From Lingula anatina (lineage: Eukaryota; Animalia; Brachiopoda): DNA of 64,000 bases. The notes beneath the pieces are model-generated. The model ran no database searches, was not told the origin of the DNA, and saw only the letters and a list, made by a program, of their open reading frames with translations. This document shows positions 23,476 through 36,345 of this stretch, one piece after another. The position numbers and the translations under genes were made by a program. The stretch lies in assembly GCA_051362555.1 (NCBI GenBank), contig CM120649.1, forward strand, positions 8,928,001-8,992,000, given 5' to 3'. Within the stretch, counting starts at the first letter, position 1. Each line of letters begins with the position of its first letter.

Positions 23476-24185
23476 CTGCCACAGTGGAACACAATGACTC
23501 CAGACTACTGCGCTGTGCTAGAAGACACAGGACTGTACTGCCACAATGAAACACAATAATTCCAGACTACCACAGTGTACTAGGAGACACAGGACTATAC
23601 TGCCACAATGGAACACAATGACTCCATCTTACTACAGTGTACTAGGAGACACAGGACTATACTGCCACAATCGAACACAATGACTCCAGACTACTGCACT
23701 ATACTAGGAGACACAGGACTGTACTGCCACAATGGAACACAATGACTCCAGACTACTACAGTGTACTAGGAAGCACAGGACTATACTGTCACAATGGAAC
23801 AAAATGACTCCAGACTACTACAGTATACTAGGAAGCACAGGACTATACTGCCACAATCGAACACAATAACTCCAGACAACTACAGTATACTGGGAAGCAC
23901 AGGACTATACAGCCACAATGGAACACAATGACTCCAGACTACTGCACTGTACTAGGAGACACAGGCCTATACTGCCACAATGGAACACAATGACTCCAGA
24001 CTGCTACACTATGCTAGGAAGCACAGGACTATATTGCCACAATGGAACACAATGGCTCCAGACTTCTACAGTGTACTAGGAAGCACAGGACTATACTGTC
24101 ACAATGGAACATGATGACTCCAGACTACACTATACTAGGAGGCACAGAACTATACTGCTACAATGGTACACAATGTTTCCAGACT
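23476..24185 (+). repeat. 62-bp minisatellite, ~11 units
   Basis: ctgccacaatggaacacaatgactccagactac... recurs at 23476, 23538, 23600 etc. Confidence 0.95.
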
Positions 24186-25204
24186 AATTTTCAAGATGGT
24201 CAGATAACAACATGAGTTTCATTTATTAAATCTTCTTATGTAGATCACATTGTCTTCTGGATCTTTTCATATTTCAGTAGCTTGTTAAAAATCTTGTGAT
24301 GGGGTCGCCTTAACTAGCCCTAAGGAGCAGTGACAGTGTACGATTTCCGTCAATCAAAAAGAACTGCTCCGCAATTAATCTGCAGTTGAATGTCATTAAA
24401 CCAAAATGAAACGTAAAACAGATTTAATTCTGCTTTATTTAATCTTATTTACTGTATTTAAGGTGTAAAGTGAAAAATAAATAATATGTTTCTAAAAGAA
24501 AAAGATATATCCAATGTTTTTGTATTTTTGGCTTATCAAAGAACATTTGCTCCTGAAGATATAAACACAATACATGTGCTTGCCCTGTACCAAGTTGGAC
24601 AGCTACACTGTATGCCCGATACCACTATAAGGGCTGCGCAATGGCTAGACCAAACTCGGGGGGGGGGGGGGGGGGGTTTAAAGCAGAATGTTGTTTGTGT
24701 TGTGGTACTGACCTTCGACTGCAAGATATTCTTAGTTCAAACTTCAAACTCCACTTCAGCCACTTAACTTCTTGTCTCGTCTAGATAACGTCAGCTCCAG
24801 GCGGGAAAGGCAGCTCCAGGCAGTCAAACCTGTGACGTACGAGACTTATGACTTCCAAATATGCAGCTCAGGCGCATACATCTGTGACATACAAGACTTG
24901 TGACTTCCAAATGTGGAAGCGCCCCAGGCAAAATTTTGCTGAAGAACGCCTCCAGGTGGCTAGAGTTTCATATTGCTGATATGGGATATATATGAAATCA
25001 AGATCAAGCTGGCAATAAGGAAATCTAGAACCTAGGGTATGTAATGCCTGATATTTGGGTGAATTTGTGCTGCTACTGATGTAAGAATTTTTATGTAAAT
25101 CTCTCAGGTATTTTATTGCTTTGTCAAAGAAACCAAAGAAACAGTTTTAAGACGCATAAAAAGAGTAGATTGTTTTAAAGGTGAATTTTTTTATCATCTT
25201 CCAG

Positions 25205-25462
25205 CTGATCACACATGTCCTCCACATAAGTTGGTATGTGGTAATGGCCGCTGTATTAACTTTATCATGGAGATGTGACCACAACAATGACTGTAGAGTT
25301 ATTTACCAGACTAACGTGCAAACTTCTGCTGCATCACACAGGCTCAAGTATGCGATGAAACAGATCACTGTAATGATCACTGATGAAAATGGCTGTCCAC
25401 CAGCAACTTGTGCCCCAGGGATGACCAAGTCCATCAGAGTGAACAGAGGAAACAGTCAACAG
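25205..25462 (+). pseudogene. LDL-receptor class A repeat exon fragments (LRP-like), frameshifted and internally deleted
   Basis: After acceptor ttccag: DHTCPPHKLVCGNGRCIN(+1 frameshift)LSWRCDHNNDCR, fused to a second repeat CITQAQVCDETDHCNDH(frameshift)DENGCPPATCAPGMTK; ends at donor CAG|gtaaat. Confidence 0.8.
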
Positions 25463-25765
25463 GTAAATTAAAAATGTGGATATATCATAAATGAAAGCTT
25501 TCTGACTACAAACAAACATTTATGAATTCATATATATAAATCTACACGTATTTGAACTATCATTTTTGTTCAATAGATTGTAGGGGATTGTTATTGCCTG
25601 TCTGATACAGAGGAGAAAAATGACTCTCAAGATTGCAAAATTTAAGGAAATTAAAAACATATATGTACATTTTTAAAGAAAGCAGCAAAGCATTCAGATG
25701 TACCATCTACTCTCAGCAGGTTGGCTGTCATGGATCACCATACCTCTCAATCTTGTGCCATTGGC

Positions 25766-28080
25766 TTTATTGTACCACCAGCGTTAGCGCTGGCGGTACA
25801 CATGGTTTCGGTCTCGTCCGGATCGTTCCGCCGGCTCCGCCGGACGGCTACCGTTACCGCTTCTCCTCCTAGACGGTAAGGCCCCCCATACCCATCTCAT
25901 GGATTTAGGTCACCTATAATCTCAACTCGTTCCACGTAAAATTTGGGCTTTGTCGGTATTGGGGTCTGGGTGTGGCACTCATTGCAATGCACCCTTGTCT
26001 AAAAATGGCAAAATTAAATGCTAATTATCTACCCTACGGAAGGAGTTATGGGAAAAATTTCTATAGACGGCTTTCCAAAAGTCATATGTGTAGATTTCAA
26101 ATATACCCTTGGATTTGACCTTTGACCTTTACTTCAAGGTCAAACGGGCCAAAATTTTCAAAAAAATGAAATTTTTTACGAAAAAAAATTTTTTTGCCCT
26201 GTTATTCAGACACCACACAGACTTAACCAATAATATTATTGGAAAGTGTTACCCTTCAGGTCATCTTTCATCTCCATGAATTTGGGGTCAATCGGTGCAT
26301 TTTCACGGGAGTAGCGGCCATAAGATACCGAAACTGAAAACTGTCTCTAATTCGGGAACCGTTAATGCTAGAGACCCATTCTTTTTTGCATTTTGTAGAG
26401 CATGTAAAGCCCAACACTGGAGGTGGTCTCGGTTTTTTTGTATTCCATACGGTTTTCGAGTTACGCTGTATCAAAAAGTACATATTGGTGGTAAAAGCAA
26501 AATGTGCAGTACGGTAATGGATAATAAATTTTGAACTCTGGAAAAATAAAACATTAGGCTTGGCAAAGCAGACAACTTGTGTTCAAAAATGACATTATTT
26601 CATCAAATTTGAACTTCTGAAACTTCAGAGCACCTCCTATTTCAAGAATTTTGACCAAAATGACATTTTCTTTATTTTAATTAATTTTTTCTGTACGAAA
26701 TTTAAGGCACATTATGGTAACTCCAAAATTATAACATTTAGTCCCTTATATCTCCAAAACTGGCAGAGATAGGTCTATAGTTACTATTGAAGTTGAATAG
26801 GAAGTCATATACTGGCAATCTATATGTGACCTTAAAATTGACCTTTGACCTACTTTTCACCATGAACTGAACTTTGCAAATTTTTCTTCCCTTTTATCTC
26901 CAAAACTGGCAGAGATAGGTCCATAGTTACTATTGAACTTGAATAGGAAGTCATATACTGGCAATCTAAGTGTGACCTTAAAATTGACCTTTGACCTACT
27001 TTTCACCATGAACTGAACTTTGCAAAATTTTCTTCCCTTTTATCTCCAAAACTGGCAGAGATAGGTCCATAGTTACTATTGAACTTGAATAGGAAGTCAT
27101 ATATTGGCAATCTATATGTGACCTTAAAATTGACCTTTGACCTACTTTTCACCATGAACTGAACTTTGCAAATTTTTCTTCCCTTTTATCTCCAAAACTG
27201 TCAGAGATAGGTCCATAGTTACTATTGAACTTGAATAGGAAGTCATATACTGGCAATCTATATGTGACCTTAAAATTGACCTTTGACCTACTTTTCACCA
27301 TGAACTGAACTTTGCAAATTTTTCTTCCCTTTTATCTCCAAAACTGTCAGAGATAGGTCCATAGTTACTATTGAACTTGAATAGGAAGTCATATACTGGC
27401 AATCTAAATGTGACCTTAAAATTGACCTTTGACCTACTTTTCACCATGAACTGAACTTTGCAAATTTTGCTTCCCTTTTATCTCCAAAACTGTCAGAGAT
27501 AGGTCCATAGTTACTATTGAACTTGAATAGGAAGTCATATACTGGCAATCTATATGTGACCTTAAAATTGACCTTTGACCTACTTTTCACCATGAACTGA
27601 ACTTTGCAAATTTTGCTCTTCTTTTATCTCCAAAACAAGCAGAGATAGGTCCATAGTTACTATTGAACTTGAATAGGAAGTCATATACTGGCAATCTAAG
27701 TGTGACCTTAAAATTAACCTTTGACCTACTTTTCACCATGAACTGAACTTTGCAAATTTTGCTTCCCTTTTATCTCCAAAACTGGCAGAGATAGGTCCAT
27801 AGTTACTCTTGAACTTGAATAGGAAGTCATATACTGGCAATTTACTGTGACCTTGAAATTGACCCTTGACCTATCTTACGAAGAACTGAAATTTGATTGT
27901 ACCATATATATTTTTTGCAAAAGTTTAAAAATTCTTGTTGATTGCATTTTTACAGCTTGTCAAGCACAAAACTGGTGGCTGTGTCCCTTATTTTGTGTAT
28001 GTGGGGGTCTATACGAATGCGCTTGCTCCAGCTGGTGGTACAATATTCGGAGGCGGTATCGCCTCTCTGATCCTCTAGTC
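25766..28080 (+). mobile_element. Non-autonomous Helentron-associated element (HINE/DINE-1/pearl-like) with internal tandem array
   Basis: 5' subTIR attgtaccaccagc (25769-25782) that also forms a hairpin with gctggcggtac; GTCC-like simple tract; matching 3' subTIR gctggtggtacaat (28031-28044); 3' hairpin gaggcg-gtat-cgcctc (28050-28065) followed by ctagt; T-rich flanks; internal tgacctttgacc repeats. Confidence 0.85.
26745..27890 (+). repeat. 146-bp tandem array, ~8 units, inside the HINE
   Basis: tctccaaaac recurs at 26751, 26897, 27043, 27189, 27335, 27481, 27627 and 27773. Confidence 0.95.
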
Positions 28081-28399
28081 TATATTTTTGATTGGTTCAA
28101 TCTTTAATGTTGTCCATCCATGCTGTCTTTGGTCTTACTTTTCCTTGTTTTCCATTTAACCCAGAAACCCATTGTAAGGAGTTATTTGCATCAGGCATTG
28201 GTAGTAAGGGAAGTCTTGTATGGGTATATATTGTTTTCCAGATGACAGTTATAGATAATTTGCAACCTCCTACACAAAAAACTCAAATCATCACATTTGA
28301 TGTTTTCTTTATAAGTAAATAATACATTGAAATATTGAAATATTTGTTTTCATTAATTCTCACTCTTCTGATTATTAATTTCCAATAAACTTGACACTT

Positions 28400-31300
28400 A
28401 ATAAATATGCAGTGAAGTGATAGGGCTATCTCAGATTTCTGCAGTTATTTTTTTTCTTTAAAATTTAAAGAAAAAAAGCAATATAACTGACAAAATTATT
28501 AATGTTTAACTATATTTATTAGGAGAATTTGGGATATTTTCAAACCTTAATTTCACATTTCACGACTGAATTATCCATGAAGTACACTTTAACACACAGG
28601 CAGCAGATCAACTTATCTCAAACTTGTACTGTTGTTAAACATCTTTTGTAGAAATTTCAGAAAAGTTGGACTAGATTTGACAAAATTATTAGTGTTTAAC
28701 TATTTTATGTCATGGAATTTGCCAGTCTTTTCAATGTTATTTTCACTTTTCTCAAATATATTGTCCGATAAAAACTTTTCATTAGAAGCAGTTAACTGAT
28801 CAGCTTTTCTCAGAAAATTAAAGTTATAAAGCTTAATTTGTACAAATTTCTGAAACATTGGACCAGATTTGACAAAATTATTAATGTATAACTATTTTAA
28901 GTCATGGAATTTGCCTGCAGTCTTTTAAATGTCAGTTATTTTGTTCTGCTTCAGAGAACCCTTACCAGAAGCTACCTGTCCATACAGGGCTAATTCCTAT
29001 AGAAAAAGCAGGCAGTGAGAGACAGCAGCAAGAGCAGCACTATGTCTTATCCATGTGTACATTACATAATATGCAGCAAGATTTATGACATGGTCAAATG
29101 TTGTGCAAACAGCCTGATTCCAGAAACCCATTGTAATGAGTCATCTGCATCTGGCATTGGTAGTACAGAAAAGTCTTGCATGGATATATATTATTTTCCA
29201 GATGACAGTTACAGGTAATTTGCAACCTCCTACACAAACAAACTCTAATAATCACATATGCCATTTCCTTCGATAGTAAATAATAGATTGCAATATTGAA
29301 ATATTTTTGTTTTGGTTAATTCTCACACTTCTGATTATCAGTTTCCAATAAACTTGACACTTAAAAAAAAGACACAGACAACTGATCAGCTTATCACAGA
29401 CTTTAATTGTTGTTAAGCATCATTTGTACAGATTTCAGAAACATTGGACAAGATTTGTCAAAATTATTAACCTTTAACTATTTTAAATCATGGAATTTGC
29501 CAGTGTTTTCAGAGTTATTTTCAGTTTTCTCAAATATATCGTCCAAAGAAAATACTTTGTATTAGAAACAGTCAACTGATCAGCTTATCACAGATTTTTA
29601 TTGTTGTTAAGTATCATTTGTAAAAATTTCAGAAACATTGGACAAAATTTGTCAAAATTATTAACGTTTACCTATTTTAAGTCGTGGAATTTGCCAGTGT
29701 TTTCAGTGCAATTTTCAGTTTTCTTAAATATATCGTCCAAAGAAAATACTTTTCATTAGACACAGTCAACTGATCAGCTTATCACAGATTTTTATTGTTG
29801 TTAAGTATCATTTGTAAAAATTTCAGAAATATTTGACAAGATTTGACAAAATTATTAACGTTTAACTATTTTAAGTCGTGGAATTTACCAGTGTTTTCAG
29901 TGCAATTTTCAGTTTTCTCAACTATATCGTCCAAAGAAAATACTTTTCATTAGAAACAGTCAACTGATCAGCTTATCACAGATTTTTATTGTTTTTAAGT
30001 ATCATTTGTAAAAATTTCAGAAATATTTGACAAGATTTGACAAAATTATTAACGTTTAACTATTTTAAATCATGGAATTTGCCAGTGTTTTCAGTGCAAT
30101 TTTCAGTTTTCTCAACTATATCGTCCAAAGAAAATACTTTTCATTAGACACAGTCAACTGATCAGCTTATCACAGATTTTTATTGTTTTTAAGTATCATT
30201 TGTAAAAATTTCAGAAATATTTGACAAGATTTGACAAAATTATTAACGTTTAACTATTTTAAATCATGGAATTTGCCAGTGTTTTCAATGTAATTTTCAG
30301 TTTTTTCAGTTATATTGTTCTTTTTCCAGAGTACCTTTACGATGAAAAAGCAGGCAGTGAAGTTTAGGACAGCATCAAGAGCAGCATTCTGTCTTATCCA
30401 TGTGTACAATACATGATATGTGGCAAGATTTAGGACATTGTCAGATATTGTGCTAACACCAACCCATTCCAGAAACCCATTGTTAGGAGTAGTCTGCATC
30501 TGGCATTGATAGTAAGGAGAAGTCTTGTATGGATATATATTGTTTTCCAGATGACAGTTACAGGTAATTTGCAACCTCCTACACAAACAAACTCAAGTCA
30601 TCACATATGCCATTTCCTTCGATAGTAAATAATACATTGCAATATTGAAATATTTGTTTTGGTTAATTGTCACGCTTCTGATAATCAATTTCCAATAAAC
30701 TTGACACTTAAAAAAAAGACACAGACAACTGATCACCTTATCACAAACTTTTATTGTTGTTAAGCATCATTTGTACAGATTTCAGAAACATTGGACAAGA
30801 TTTGACAAAATTATTAACGTTTAACTATTTTAAGTCATGGAATTTGCCAGTGTTTTCAGTGCAATTTTCAGTTTTCTCAAATATATCGTCCAAAGAAAAT
30901 ACTTTTCATTAGACACAGTCAACTGATCAGCTTATCACAGATTTTTATTGTTGTTAAGTATCATTTGTAAAAATTTCAGATATATTTGACGAGATTTAAC
31001 AAAATTATTTACGATAAACTATTTTAAGTCGTGGAATTTGCCAGTGTTTTCAATGTAATTTTCAGTTTTTTCAGTTATATTGTTCTTTTTCCAGAGTACC
31101 TTTACGATGAAAAAGCAGGCAGTGAAGTCTAAGACAGCATCAAGAGCAGCATTCTGTCTTATCCATGTGTACAATACATGATATGTGGCAAGATTTAGGA
31201 CATTGTCAGATATTGTGCTAACAGCGAACCATTCCAGAAACCCATTGTAAGGAGTAGTCTGCATCTGGCATTGATAGTAAGGAGAAGTCTTGTATGGATA

Positions 31301-31905
31301 TATATTGTTTTCCAGATGACAGTTACAGGTAATTTGCAACCTCCTACACAAACAAACTCAAGTCATCACATATGCCATTTCCTTCGATAGTAAATAATAC
31401 ATCGCAATATTGAAATATTTGTTTTGGTTAATTGTCACGCTTCTGATAATCAATTTCCAATAAACTTGACACTTAAAAAAAAGACACAGACAACTGATCA
31501 CCTTATCACAAACTTTTATTGTTGTTAAGCATCATTTGTACAGATTTCAGAAACATTGGACAAGATTTGACAAAATCATTAACGTTTAACTATTTTAAAT
31601 TATGGAATTTGCCAGTGTTTTCAGTGCAATTTTCAGTTTTCTCAAATATATCGTCCAAAGAAAATACTTTTTATTAGACACAGTCAACTGATCAGCTTAT
31701 CACAGATTTTTATTGTTGTTAAGTATCATTTGTGCAAATTTCAGAAATATTTGACAAGATTTGACAAAATTATTAACGTTTAACTATTTTAAGTCGTGGA
31801 ATTTGCCAGTGTTTTCAGTGCAATTTTCAGTTTTCTGAAGTATATCGTCCAAAGAAAATACTTTTTATTAGACACAGTCAACTGATCAGCTTATCACAGA
31901 TTTTT
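28400..31905 (+). repeat. ~194-bp satellite arrays interleaved with a repeated ~400-bp exon-like block
   Basis: Monomer recurs at 29571, 29765, 29959 etc. (194-bp period). The non-satellite block at ~28955, ~30330 and ~31095 (partial at ~28160) also occurs at 1-410. Confidence 0.92.
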
Positions 31906-32278
31906 AGTAAGTCAAATATAATTCAGTTAAAAAGTAATTTGTATCACTATGCCATTAACATTTTTGCAAGTGACAAGTGTCTGTTCACCCCATCATAAAT
32001 ACCACGTTTTATTTTTTGAAAATGAATAGCTCTGTGCATATGTCATATTGTTAGGTTGAAGAAAATGTATGAAAACAATAAATAGGTTGGTAAATTTTTT
32101 GGATGAATTGCATATTAGTCTCATGGACTGGAAATCCGTGGAAGATAGTAAAGATGGTAATAAACAAAATTAGTTTGCCACACCTGTCTCTAGACAAATA
32201 TATGCTTCATACAAAAATGTTAGTTGTTTAACCTATATTTATGTGGTAAAGTTAAAGTGATGTTTTCTTTTTTCTCAG

Positions 32279-34511
32279 AATGGGTGCCCCCCAAAAACTG
32301 CTGACTGACCAGGGGTCGGAAATTTGTAATGAGGTAAATGTCTTGTAATATGATTTAAGTATTATTAAGTCTTTGGCATAAATTGGAAACTGGAAAGGAT
32401 ACAATCACCACTCGTTTATGTTATGCCAAATATGATAAAGGTTTTAGGGTGAATATTGGCTTCAATCTTGTTGGCATGCCTGTGAATGTGTTACTGATTA
32501 CCAGTGATATCTGTTTCAGTACTTATCAGTTTAGAGCATATGTAATATTGAAAATCCATTCTTTATTATCAATGTAAACTGTTTAATGCAGTAGAAAATG
32601 ACCTAGTAGGATTATGTTTTTAAAATAAAAAAACGGCCCAAGGCCCCTTAAATATAAAATCTATCTTTGCTTTTTTAAAAGCAATAAAAGATAAAAGGGA
32701 TGATTAATCTTAAACTTGTCTACCATTGTAGTATGTACAAATAAAATTCTTATATTTTGCATCAAAACAATTATCAATGTACTGGCATCATAAAATATGG
32801 ATAAATTAATAAACAATTGATTTTGTTAATTTCTGATTTTGCAGTTGGGGTACACAAAGAATGAAGTGGCAATGCCCAACAAAGAAGACTATAATGTGCA
32901 GGTGGAATTCCAACACCAGCAACTTACTGAGTGACACGCTAAGGTATGCATGTGGGACTTACATGTTCAATTTCCACTTAATAAGCTATTTCTGAAGTTT
33001 TTTTTTTTTGTTCCATGCAAGATTAAAGAGTAGCCCCTTACATTGAGCAACATTTGGTTTCACACAAGTTTTATAAAAGAAAAAAAAATGTCACATGTAA
33101 TCTGTTCATAAAAATATTGCAACATTGATAATATTTGTAAAAATGTGTTATCAGAATAGTGATGGCAGCAGCTGCAGTATTCAGGCCTACCCAACTACCT
33201 GCCACAGGATAAATGAAGCTAGCCACAGAAATTACAATACTCAGGCCTACCCAACTGCCAGACTCAGCACCGAATGATCCTGAATTCACCGGTAAATTGG
33301 ACCACAATACTGTTTTCAAGGTGTTTATCAGTGCGCACTTCAAAGTATAAGACGCAACACCACTCTTGCCTACATGTATTACGCGATGTGATAGAGATGT
33401 TCCTCAGCAGGGTTGGAAAGTAATGCATCTCATCTCAAAATTTGTTTCAGGGTATGATACTGTGAAATGTGTACTGACGCACACCTTGAAAACGGGTAGT
33501 GTGGTCCAATCTACAGGTGAATTCGGGATCATTCGGTGCTGAGTCTGGTAGTTGGGTAGGCCTGAGTATTGCAATTTCTAGGGCTAGCTTCATTTATCCT
33601 GTGGCTATGTGCATAGTTTAAGTTTACACAGCAAAATCTTGAACTTTGCTTCTCCCATTATTTCTGAAACATACCCTATTGAATACAATTTCTATAAACT
33701 AGATGTATTTTCAGTACATGAAGAATGTTGAAAAGTCTTAAAGCAAAGTACAAGAGATTGTATGAGGCAAAGGAAGGAAAGAATGTGGTAGTATTTCAAT
33801 TAGAATGGGGAATGAAAGTTCTGAAGTAAAACTTTCATAAGGTTGGGTGGAAAAGTGGCAAGCTAGAGACAGATTGGATTGGACCATACAGGTAAATCAT
33901 AATCATCATCCACTTGTTCACTTATTCAATGCATATATTTATGTCATATTTCATACAATTTTGATTAAAATTAAATTCAAAGGAAGAACAACTGTTCATT
34001 TTGTCCAAAAACCAGATTTTCCTAGGGGAAACCATTTTCTATACTGTTAATGACTCCATTCTGACATTCAAAGTTAGTCCATGTTTTTTGTAAGAATCAT
34101 ATCATGAAGGTCCATCTCGTCAGATGGCAAGCACAGATTCAAGAATAATAGCAATAATCACTGTTTTGGTGGTAAAGTGTTATTCATTATAATTCTAGGA
34201 AATATTTACAATGTTTTTATTGCGAAATATTAATTGCATACGAACAGTTGTTATTTCTTAATTTTGACTTAAAGATTCAGATATTAGTAGTATATTGAGG
34301 GTGGGTGCAAAATAAAATGTGTCTAGCAATTCAGCATGTCAAAATATACATTATCAAAGCTCTATAGTACCACTGTGGCTTGCTTGCATACAATTCTCAT
34401 AATACATGTAATACTTCTAGGGTAAAAAGAATGGACCAGAAGCAGAATGGAAGGGAAAGAGCTTAAAACCAAGGTGCCTTAGTTATATTCACTTGAAACC
34501 ATACACAGAAG
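32279..34511 (+). pseudogene. Intron-split Gypsy-type integrase relic (Ginger-like DNA transposon)
   Basis: AG/GT-bounded segments: 32279-32333 MGAPQKLLTDQGSEICNE (G.P....TDQG.E, second catalytic Asp); 33715-33891 ...YKRLYEAKEGKNVVVFQLEWGMKVLK*NFHKVGWKSGKLETDWIGPY (GPY/F motif); 34421-34511 ...KELKTKVP/YIHLKPY. Stops and frameshifts are present. Confidence 0.75.
33201..33605. mobile_element. Foldback/MITE with ~145-bp inverted arms inside the integrase relic
   Basis: gccacaggataaatgaagctagcc...gactcagcaccgaatgatcc... is mirrored by ...ggatcattcggtgctgagtc...ggctagcttcatttatcctgtggc. Confidence 0.8.
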
Positions 34512-34554
34512 GTTAGTTACTTATTCCATCTATGCATGACTCCATCTAGGCTAA

Positions 34555-34801
34555 GACTGGGTTCCCATACTTAGATTGATCTATCTGGATTGACCTAACT
34601 TCCTGGGGATTCACGCTAAATTGCTATCAGCTCAAGAGGCTTAAATGTCTGTCACACTTACCAAATCAGCTAGGGGTAAAGGTAATTACCCCCTAACAGT
34701 TTTACTAGGCGTGACAGACATTTAAGCTGGTTAGTTTGATAGCAATTTAGTGAGACTCCCCAGGGAGATAGATCGATCCAAATATCTGTGGGAATGGTCC
34801 C
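34555..34801. mobile_element. Tourist-like MITE with TAA TSD
   Basis: taa|gactgggttcccatacttagattgatc ... gatcgatccaaatatctgtgggaatggtccc|taa; same family as 50777-51001. Confidence 0.7.
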
Positions 34802-36037
34802 TAAGTTTGCTGATGTAATTAAAGTAAGGCTACATTCCTGCTTGCATAATTGCATACTGTAACAATAGAATTTATGAATAGAAAACCTTTCACTAAACCG
34901 TATGGTAACTAATTGTTAATTGCTTCTTGATATACCGAAAATATTAGCTGAACAGTTTCAAGTTAGGATATTGCATGTAGGTTTTACTGAACGTTGCTTG
35001 GTAGTGGTAATACAACAAAATGTGTAGTTAAAGAATTCACACCCTGTCCCCTAAGATTTTTGTAGTGTACCAACATAACCAATTGTTTTGTCCTTTTCAG
35101 AGGTTTGGAAAACACCATGACCAAGCCAAAGTGTTTTTTTTTTTTTTTTTTTTAGATTTTTAAAGCCAAACTGTCTGGGATTTGACATGCATAGATTCTC
35201 TTTGTAATATGTAATCTGAACAGTAAAAAAGTGTGTTCAACCATTCGCAATGTGGTTCCAGTATCTACTTTTAAGTTAAAATACCTGCTCAACAAGAGGT
35301 CTATCATATACTTCAGTTGGTACAATTGCTGCAAATATATGCAGTTCAGCACAGGCCAATCTGTATATTTATGACCTTGATGGAAGTGTTAATGTCAAAA
35401 GGAATGCATTTATGGAATGGATTTGAATACTCTCTTTATTAATCATGCCAGTGCAAAGGATATTATGGACATTATGTGTGAGGTGTTGGATACAAACTAT
35501 ATACAGTAACCACTGCTGTTCGGAAATCTTTTAAGACTGATCACACTGTACCAAGGACAGCATAAACAGAGACTGAATACAACAAACCACTAGTACAAAC
35601 CAAAGGACTTAATAAACATTTGCCTTGATCTTGCTTTACACTATCAGGTGGGAAAGGCAATATGTTTTCAAATGTTTGATATTAATTAGATGTCTGTTTG
35701 TGCCCTTAGATTGCTGTATTCCATTTACCTGTATATTGTATATAGTTCATTCTTGAACAACCAATTCTAATGTATACATAGACGTAGACATAGTTTGTAT
35801 TTGTACTGAGCAAAGGAAAATTTGTTTTACAATATATCTTTGTAAATCAACCATTTCTTCAATTTTGGAATTATTATTATTTTAAAAATTTGTTTAACAT
35901 TGTAGTGACAATGCATGTAGAGTACCTGTTACTTGATAAACATAGCATTAATAGGGACGGGACAATAAATTATAAGCATATTTTACATATAAATCAAATA
36001 ACTAAGATCTACCATGACAGAAATACATAGATTAGTA

Positions 36038-36345
36038 ACCCTTAGCAAAATTTAAAAAGTGTGCAGCACATGTGCTGCAAATTTACTGCACATGCACAGC
36101 ACACTCTAGAGTGTGCAGTAGACAGCTTTGGGGAGCGTGCAGAAGTGTGCAGTAAAAATCTTGCTGCACACCTACTGCACACTTCCATGAATACAAACAG
36201 TGTGCAGAGAGTATGCAAGAGACTTGGTATTTCAATAGAAGCATGAGGACAGTGTGCAGTAAAATTTGATCAGGAGTTTGCCACAAATATACAGGAAACT
36301 TTAAAATTTTAATATAAGTTGTGTATGTTGAGTGCACAGCAAACT
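36038..36345. repeat. Probable transposon end with dispersed gtgtgcag/ctgcaca subterminal motifs
   Basis: Begins where homology to 2080-2320 stops and contains many gtgtgcag and ctgcac motifs in both orientations. No second terminus found. Confidence 0.4.

Larger units (their letters stand above)
4525..25298 (+). repeat. Segmental duplication, copy A
   Basis: Colinear, same-orientation similarity to ~37520-63793 throughout (e.g. 4543 aacctcattcatttggg = 37532; 13053 ORF = 47579 ORF; 21401 ORF = 57757 ORF), interrupted by indels and transposon insertions. Confidence 0.95.

Noticed and set aside
23476-24185. Regular short repeats (62, 52 and 41 bp arrays) as possible CRISPR arrays
   Set aside because: Units are contiguous with no unique spacers, there are no cas genes, and the context is eukaryotic.
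30254-31351. Duplicated 110-aa minus-strand ORFs
   Set aside because: They are antisense readings of the repeated cassette and satellite, not conserved in frame in other copies, and show no domain similarity.
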